Assembly: GCA_963663475.2 (NCBI GenBank)
Contig: CAXXJV010000001.1
Span: 1,184,001-1,248,000, forward strand
DNA length: 64,000 nt
DNA from: Candidatus Cloacimonadales bacterium
GTDB lineage: Bacteria > Cloacimonadota > Cloacimonadia > Cloacimonadales > JAFGVF01
Direction: 5' to 3'
How positions within the stretch are numbered: the stretch's first letter is position 1; the number at the start of each line of letters is the position of its first letter. Positions 58,805 to 64,000 of this stretch are shown here, in pieces. Position numbers and translations under genes: made by a program. Below the pieces are notes generated by a model, which worked only from the letters and a program-made list of their open reading frames with translations, searched no databases and was not told the origin of the DNA.

Positions 58805-60202
58805 CTAACTATTCAATTCCTCATAAATTCTTTCAAAGATATATCCTACATGAACACGATTAAGTAAGTCAATCTTATTAACATCAATTTCAATAACTTT
58901 ACCTTGGTGGAATCCATATTTAACTACATTAATAGCATAATCTTGATACCAACGATTAAGATTTTTTATTTCAGCTTCAGACCACCCACCTTCAATTTCC
59001 ATTTCTCGTCCTCTTTGCTGAATCCTTTGCCAAGCTAAACGAGGATTTCCGACAAGTTGAATAATTAAATCAGCACTTGGTAGATTGTTATTTACCTTAT
59101 GGAATTCTGTTGTTAATCTTTCTAATTCAAGGTCTGTTAAGAGTCCATCATGGTGGAACTGGTGACAAAAAACAAGTAAATCTTCTGGAAGTGACCTATC
59201 TTTGACATAAGATTTATCTCCTTTTTTACCTTGTAATCTTTGTTCAGCTCTCATTTTCAAGAAGTGAAGTTGCAAATCAAAGCAGTATTTCTTTTTATCT
59301 GAGAGAAACTTTTCTAGGAGAGGATTTTCTTCAGGCTTTTCATAGAGTCCTGTTAAATTTAATGATCTTTCCATAATAGCAGTAATTGTAGATTTTCCAA
59401 GACCAACATTACCCGCAATCGTAATCAATTTAGGGTTTTGCTTAAGGAAAGCTTCAAGTTTTTTCTCAATATCAATTGCCTTAAGAGTTGCATCTGTTTC
59501 TGGTAGTTTAACCCATTTTCTGATGCCAGGACTGGTAATTCTTAAAGATAATTCACTAATTCTTTTAGCCATTAAGTCAATAGCCTTTTCAACAAAGACA
59601 TCTTCTGGAAGATCATTAGTTTCCAAGATTAAAACAGGGCATTTGACATAATTTTCAATATACTCTTCATAGAGGTAGTTTAACTGTTTTAGATATGATT
59701 CAGGAATTAGTTTTTCAGATTCTCTTCCGCGCTTAGCAATACGTTCTATCAGAGTAGGAACATCAGCTCGGAGATAGACTATTATATCTGGTTCATGGAA
59801 ATTTTCAGTCATTAAATGATAAGTTCTTTGATAAGCTTGAAATTCAGCTTCTGTCATATTTCCCAATATTCTTTGAGCTTTGCCAAAAATATGGTAATCT
59901 TCAGCAAGGGTTCTATCTTCCAGAATAATACCTCGGGAACTATCGATTCTTTTCTGTCTTTCTAACCTTCCATTAAAGAATTCAATCTGAGCCATAAAAG
60001 CATTTTTTACAGGGTTTTGATAAAAGGCATCTAAGACTAAAGGGTTGAATGTTTCATCGAAAGTATGAATATCAGCATCTTGACTATCTCCAGGGAATAG
60101 GGCTAATAATTTATTTTTATAGGCTTGTGATTTTGCTTTTGTAACTAAAGTAGATTTTCCCACACCAATATTTCCAATAATACCTATTCTTAAATTTTCC
60201 AT
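58805..60202 (-). CDS. Tandem (two-domain) deoxynucleoside kinase
   Basis: Two complete dNK domains: GNIGVGKST...EDRT...RIAKRGRESE and GNVGLGKST...KDRS...RIQQRGREME. Confidence 0.9.
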   Translation of the reverse strand: MENLRIGIIGNIGVGKSTLVTKAKSQAYKNKLLALFPGDSQDADIHTFDETFNPLVLDAFYQNPVKNAFMAQIEFFNGRLERQKRIDSSRGIILEDRTLAEDYHIFGKAQRILGNMTEAEFQAYQRTYHLMTENFHEPDIIVYLRADVPTLIERIAKRGRESEKLIPESYLKQLNYLYEEYIENYVKCPVLILETNDLPEDVFVEKAIDLMAKRISELSLRITSPGIRKWVKLPETDATLKAIDIEKKLEAFLKQNPKLITIAGNVGLGKSTITAIMERSLNLTGLYEKPEENPLLEKFLSDKKKYCFDLQLHFLKMRAEQRLQGKKGDKSYVKDRSLPEDLLVFCHQFHHDGLLTDLELERLTTEFHKVNNNLPSADLIIQLVGNPRLAWQRIQQRGREMEIEGGWSEAEIKNLNRWYQDYAINVVKYGFHQGKVIEIDVNKIDLLNRVHVGYIFERIYEELNS

Positions 60203-60264
60203 AAGATTCCTTTATCCTAATCTCTATTTGAGTTTAGCTTATTTTTAATTATAATTAATTTAAT

Positions 60265-60348
60265 CAAGTAGAACTTTGAGAATATTAGATGTTTTTCAAT
60301 ATACTAAGCTGTACTTATCTCCAAAGTTCTAGTGCATTAACTAGGGTA
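60265..60348. mobile_element. Degenerate family A-related remnant
   Basis: agtagaactttg ... caaagttctagtgcattaactagggt resembles family A ends. Confidence 0.4.
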
Positions 60349-60453
60349 ATATATTTTTGAAAGATATGATTTCTGTCAAGTGTAGATATCACTTGACGAA
60401 TAAACAGGTAAATTTAATTTTAGATGTTGGAATTTATCCTTAAGGAGAAGGCC

Positions 60454-62307
60454 TTGTTAAAAGATATAGATAAAATAGAAAAGATAAAAAAGTTGAAGAT
60501 TGAAGAACTAGAGTCTTTAGCAGAAGAAGTAAGACAAAGAATTATTGAAGTTACTTCTAAGAATGGGGGACATGTAGCCCCTAGTCTAGGAGCTACAGAT
60601 TTGGCAATTGCTCTTTTGAAAGTATTCACTCCACCTGAAGATGCTATTGTTTGGGATGTAGGGCATCAAGCTTACGCCTATAAAATCCTAACAGGTAGGA
60701 ATAAAGATTTTGATACACTTAGGCAGTATCAGGGGATAAGTGGCTTTAATAATATCTTTGAAAGTGATTATGATGCTTTTGGAGTAGGCCATAGTTCTAC
60801 TTCCATTTCTGCAGCACTAGGAATAGCCTGTGCAAAGCAGATTACGCAGGAATCAGGGCATAGTATTGCCATAATAGGTGATGGAGCTTTAACTGGAGGT
60901 ATGTCTTTTGAAGCTCTAAATCATGCTGGTCACGTAGCTAAAGATAAGATGCTAGTAATTCTTAATGACAATAATATGTCTATATCCAAGAATGTAGGAG
61001 CCTTACAAAAGTATCTCACAAACATGTTAGTTAGTAGATCTTATAATGCACTTAAAAAACAAGTTTGGGATTTTTCTTCCACACTTCCTAGGGCTATTAG
61101 GACAAGATTCATTAGGGGTGCTCAGAAAATGGAAGAGAGTATGATGAATATCTTAGTCCCTAATATCATCTTTGAAGATTTAGGATTTAAGTATGTTGGT
61201 CCTGTGGATGGACATAACATTCCTCGCTTGATAAGAGTTCTTAATAAGGTTAAATACAACATGGTTGGGCCAGTTTTACTTCATGTAGTTACTAAAAAAG
61301 GAAAAGGTTTTTCAATAGCTGAGAATAACTCAAGTAAATTTCATGGTCTTGGACCTTATAATGCAACTTCAGGAGAAACTCAGAGTAAGAAGACAAAGAA
61401 TTGGTCAACTAGCTTTGGTGAAAAACTAATGTCTTTAGCTGAAACTAATAAGAAACTTGTAGCTATTACAGCTGCAATGTGTGATGGTACAGGCTTAACA
61501 AAATTTGAAAAGAAATTCCCTAGTAGATTTTTCGATGTAGGAATTGCTGAACAACATGCAGTTACATTTGCAGGTGGTTTGGCAACTAAGGGAATAAAAG
61601 CATTTGTTGCTATCTATTCTACCTTTATTCAACGAGCCTATGACCAGATTATTCATGATATTGCCCTGCAAAAACTTCCAGTAGTAATCTGTTTAGATAG
61701 GGCAGGACTAGTAGGAGAAGATGGTGCTACTCATCATGGAGCTTTTGATATATCCTTCTTATTACCAATTCCAAACTTGATAATCCTTGCTCCTGCTTAT
61801 GAAAAAGAATTCCATGAAATGCTTACTTTTGCTTCTAACTACCAAGATGGACCTATTATAATTCGTTACCCTAGAGGTAATATTAATGGAGAAGATAATA
61901 ATCATATTCCTTTCCAAGTAGGTAAATTCTCATTGCTAGAAACTGGTAGTAAAATAGCAATTTTAGTAGTAGGACATGCCTTAGAAATGGCTTACCAAGT
62001 TAGAGATAAACTCCAAGATCAAGCTGAGATTAGTCCTGAAATAATTAATATAAGAAGTGTTAAACCACTTGATTATGATTATCTAGATAGCCTTAAAGAT
62101 AAGTTTGACTTAATAGTTACCATAGAGCATAACAGTCTCACTAATGGGGTCGGTCAGCTAATTAAGAATTATCTTATATCTCAACCTCTTCTTAATATAG
62201 GTTACCCTGATAGCTTTATAACTCATGGGAATGTAAATAAATTATATGAAGAAATTGGATTCACAGCCCAAGCAATAACAGAAAAAATATTAAAGGAAAT
62301 AAAATGA
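60454..62307 (+). CDS. dxs: 1-deoxy-D-xylulose-5-phosphate synthase
   Basis: GGHVAPSLG, WDVGHQAY, GHSSTSISAA, GDGA...NDN TPP motif, DVGIAEQH, DGATHHG. Start probably TTG 60454 after aaggag (ORF caller: 60424). Confidence 0.97.
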   Translation: MLKDIDKIEKIKKLKIEELESLAEEVRQRIIEVTSKNGGHVAPSLGATDLAIALLKVFTPPEDAIVWDVGHQAYAYKILTGRNKDFDTLRQYQGISGFNNIFESDYDAFGVGHSSTSISAALGIACAKQITQESGHSIAIIGDGALTGGMSFEALNHAGHVAKDKMLVILNDNNMSISKNVGALQKYLTNMLVSRSYNALKKQVWDFSSTLPRAIRTRFIRGAQKMEESMMNILVPNIIFEDLGFKYVGPVDGHNIPRLIRVLNKVKYNMVGPVLLHVVTKKGKGFSIAENNSSKFHGLGPYNATSGETQSKKTKNWSTSFGEKLMSLAETNKKLVAITAAMCDGTGLTKFEKKFPSRFFDVGIAEQHAVTFAGGLATKGIKAFVAIYSTFIQRAYDQIIHDIALQKLPVVICLDRAGLVGEDGATHHGAFDISFLLPIPNLIILAPAYEKEFHEMLTFASNYQDGPIIIRYPRGNINGEDNNHIPFQVGKFSLLETGSKIAILVVGHALEMAYQVRDKLQDQAEISPEIINIRSVKPLDYDYLDSLKDKFDLIVTIEHNSLTNGVGQLIKNYLISQPLLNIGYPDSFITHGNVNKLYEEIGFTAQAITEKILKEIK

Positions 62308-62600
62308 AACTTACAGGTAAACAAAAAGCATATTTAAAAAAACTTATTCATGATACTAAACCGGTTGTTATGATTGGTGGAAATGGAGTATCTGAGCAAG
62401 TTATCAGAACAATAAATGAAGAATTAGAAATGAAAGAACTTATTAAAATTAAGTTTGTTGAGTTTAAAGAACAAAAAAAGGAACTATTCCCGCAAATTGC
62501 TGAGAAAGTTCAAGCACTAGCTATTGATTTGATAGGAAATATGGGGATTCTTTATCGCCAAAATACTGATCCAGAAAAACAGAAGATTAAGATTCCCTAG
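62304..62600 (+). CDS. yhbY: YhbY-family RNA-binding (CRM) protein
   Basis: LTGKQKAYLK, PVVMIGGNG, ELIKIK, IG...ILYR. Confidence 0.92.
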   Translation: MKLTGKQKAYLKKLIHDTKPVVMIGGNGVSEQVIRTINEELEMKELIKIKFVEFKEQKKELFPQIAEKVQALAIDLIGNMGILYRQNTDPEKQKIKIP

Positions 62601-62606
62601 ATAAAA

Positions 62607-63953
62607 ATGTACCATACAGATACTATTACAGCCTTAGCAAGTCCAGTTGGGTCTGGAGCCCTTCATATTATCAGAGTAAGCGGAGACCAGGCTATAGAAG
62701 AAGTAGCAAAGATCTTTAAACCACAAGAAAAGCTACTTCAGGCCAAATCACACTCCCTAGTCTATGGCAAAATTATCTCAGATAATCAACTCTTAGATGA
62801 GGTTCTTTGCTCTGTTTTTCGTGCACCTAATAGCTTTACTGGCGAAAACTCAGTTGAAATAACCTGCCATGGTTCTATGTTTGTTGCTAATTCAATCCTA
62901 GCAGCCTTGCAAAAATCTATCAGACTAGCTAAAGCTGGCGAGTTTACTCTCAGAGCTTTTCTAAATAATAGGATAGATTTAACCCAAGCTGAAGCTGTTA
63001 ATGATATGATTCAAGCTAAAACAAAGAAAGCCCAAGCTTTAGCTATAAATCAACTTGATGGATCACTCTATAAAAGAATGTCTCTTCTCCTTGATGAATT
63101 ATCTAATTATAGAATTCAACTAGAATTAGAAATCGACTTCCTTGATGATGATCTTCCAGATATTGATCTTGACCTACTCAAAGAAAACCTGCTAAAACTT
63201 AAAGGAAAACTAGAAAACTTGGTTACTTCTGGTAAACAAGGAAGGATAATCAGAGAAGGACTTAAAGTTAGCTTAATAGGTAAACCAAATGTAGGCAAAT
63301 CTTCGATTTTTAATAAATTACTTGAAACTGAAAGAGCAATTGTAACACCTATTCCTGGTACTACTAGAGACTACTTGGAAGAAGTAATTGCCCTTGATGG
63401 CTACCTAATAAGAATCTATGATACTGCTGGAATTAGAGAAACTTCTGATACTATTGAAAAACTGGGAATTGATCGGTCTCGAGGAATTATTCAAGAAAGT
63501 GATATTATTCTCTATATTACCGATGGCAACCATAATCAAGATGATTATCAAGACTTCGTGGCTGGTTTAGATCCCAATAAAATTATCAAGATTCTCAATA
63601 AAACAGATATCCTGGATAAAGAACTTATAGCTAATTTCCCAGACTACCTTAAATGCCATTCTTCTAATGAAATAGGTATTAAACCACTTAAAGATAAACT
63701 CCTTTCCTATATCCAAATGTCTGACCAAGAACTAGAGTCTGGACTTCTAACTAATGGACGACAGATAGCAGCAGTGGAAAAAGCTATTCTTTCACTAAAG
63801 CAAGCTATTGCCTCTCTGGAAAACTTCATGGGCTATGAATTCACTGCCTTTGACCTAAAAGAAGCTTCTGCTTTCCTAGAAGACGTGATTGGTAAAATTA
63901 CTGACGATGATTTACTCAACTCTATTTTTGATAACTTCTGCATTGGTAAGTGA
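62607..63953 (+). CDS. mnmE: tRNA modification GTPase MnmE
   Basis: [36 protein letters not shown]-terminal FCIGK. Confidence 0.98.
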   Translation: MYHTDTITALASPVGSGALHIIRVSGDQAIEEVAKIFKPQEKLLQAKSHSLVYGKIISDNQLLDEVLCSVFRAPNSFTGENSVEITCHGSMFVANSILAALQKSIRLAKAGEFTLRAFLNNRIDLTQAEAVNDMIQAKTKKAQALAINQLDGSLYKRMSLLLDELSNYRIQLELEIDFLDDDLPDIDLDLLKENLLKLKGKLENLVTSGKQGRIIREGLKVSLIGKPNVGKSSIFNKLLETERAIVTPIPGTTRDYLEEVIALDGYLIRIYDTAGIRETSDTIEKLGIDRSRGIIQESDIILYITDGNHNQDDYQDFVAGLDPNKIIKILNKTDILDKELIANFPDYLKCHSSNEIGIKPLKDKLLSYIQMSDQELESGLLTNGRQIAAVEKAILSLKQAIASLENFMGYEFTAFDLKEASAFLEDVIGKITDDDLLNSIFDNFCIGK

Positions 63954-63960
63954 TTATTTA

Positions 63961-64000
63961 ACCCAGATAGTGTAGTAGAGCTTTAGTGAAGAGTGCAGAT
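63961..64000 (-). mobile_element. MITE family A, truncated by the window end
   Basis: acccagatagtgtagtagagctttagtgaagagtgcagat is the reverse complement of the right end of the 23111 copy. Confidence 0.8.

Noticed and set aside
1681-63298. Numerous 60-150 aa ORFs antisense to or overlapping long genes (e.g. 1681, 14830, 19133, 40125, 44441, 53497, 63116)
   Set aside because: Shadow ORFs of well-supported genes with no motifs of their own.

Overview
An AT-rich bacterial chromosomal segment, most likely from an anaerobic FCB-group lineage such as Cloacimonadota. That placement is inferred from the many proteins ending in 'NYPNPFNP(E/Q)T..F..KKM(I/V)L(M/L)K', plus fhs, tandem ptb and an iron alcohol dehydrogenase. 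The first ~23 kb encode large secreted proteins with a T9SS-type-A/FlgD-like C-terminal sorting domain: two Fn3/cleaved-adhesin paralogs, two paralogs of unknown function and an S8 subtilase. They are interleaved with a TPR-sigma54 activator, fhs and a LytS/LytTR pair. The rest is mostly housekeeping (argS, leuS, tdk, yggT-divIVA-punA-dksA-lspA, dxs, yhbY, mnmE). It also has a GldA/F/G-like ABC operon, a variant-CTD protein paired with a PorV/PorP-like beta-barrel, and three unusual fusions: a MerR-HTH hybrid kinase, REC-PP2C-RsbW, and a tandem double deoxynucleoside kinase. The most striking unexplained structure is non-coding. Several families of miniature mobile or palindromic elements occupy many intergenic gaps and are densest at 57.0-58.8 kb. 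One is a 30-31 bp micro-element inserted at CTG^AAAG inside another repeat, visible here in empty, doubly filled and recombined states. No rRNA, tRNA, CRISPR array or intact transposase was seen.
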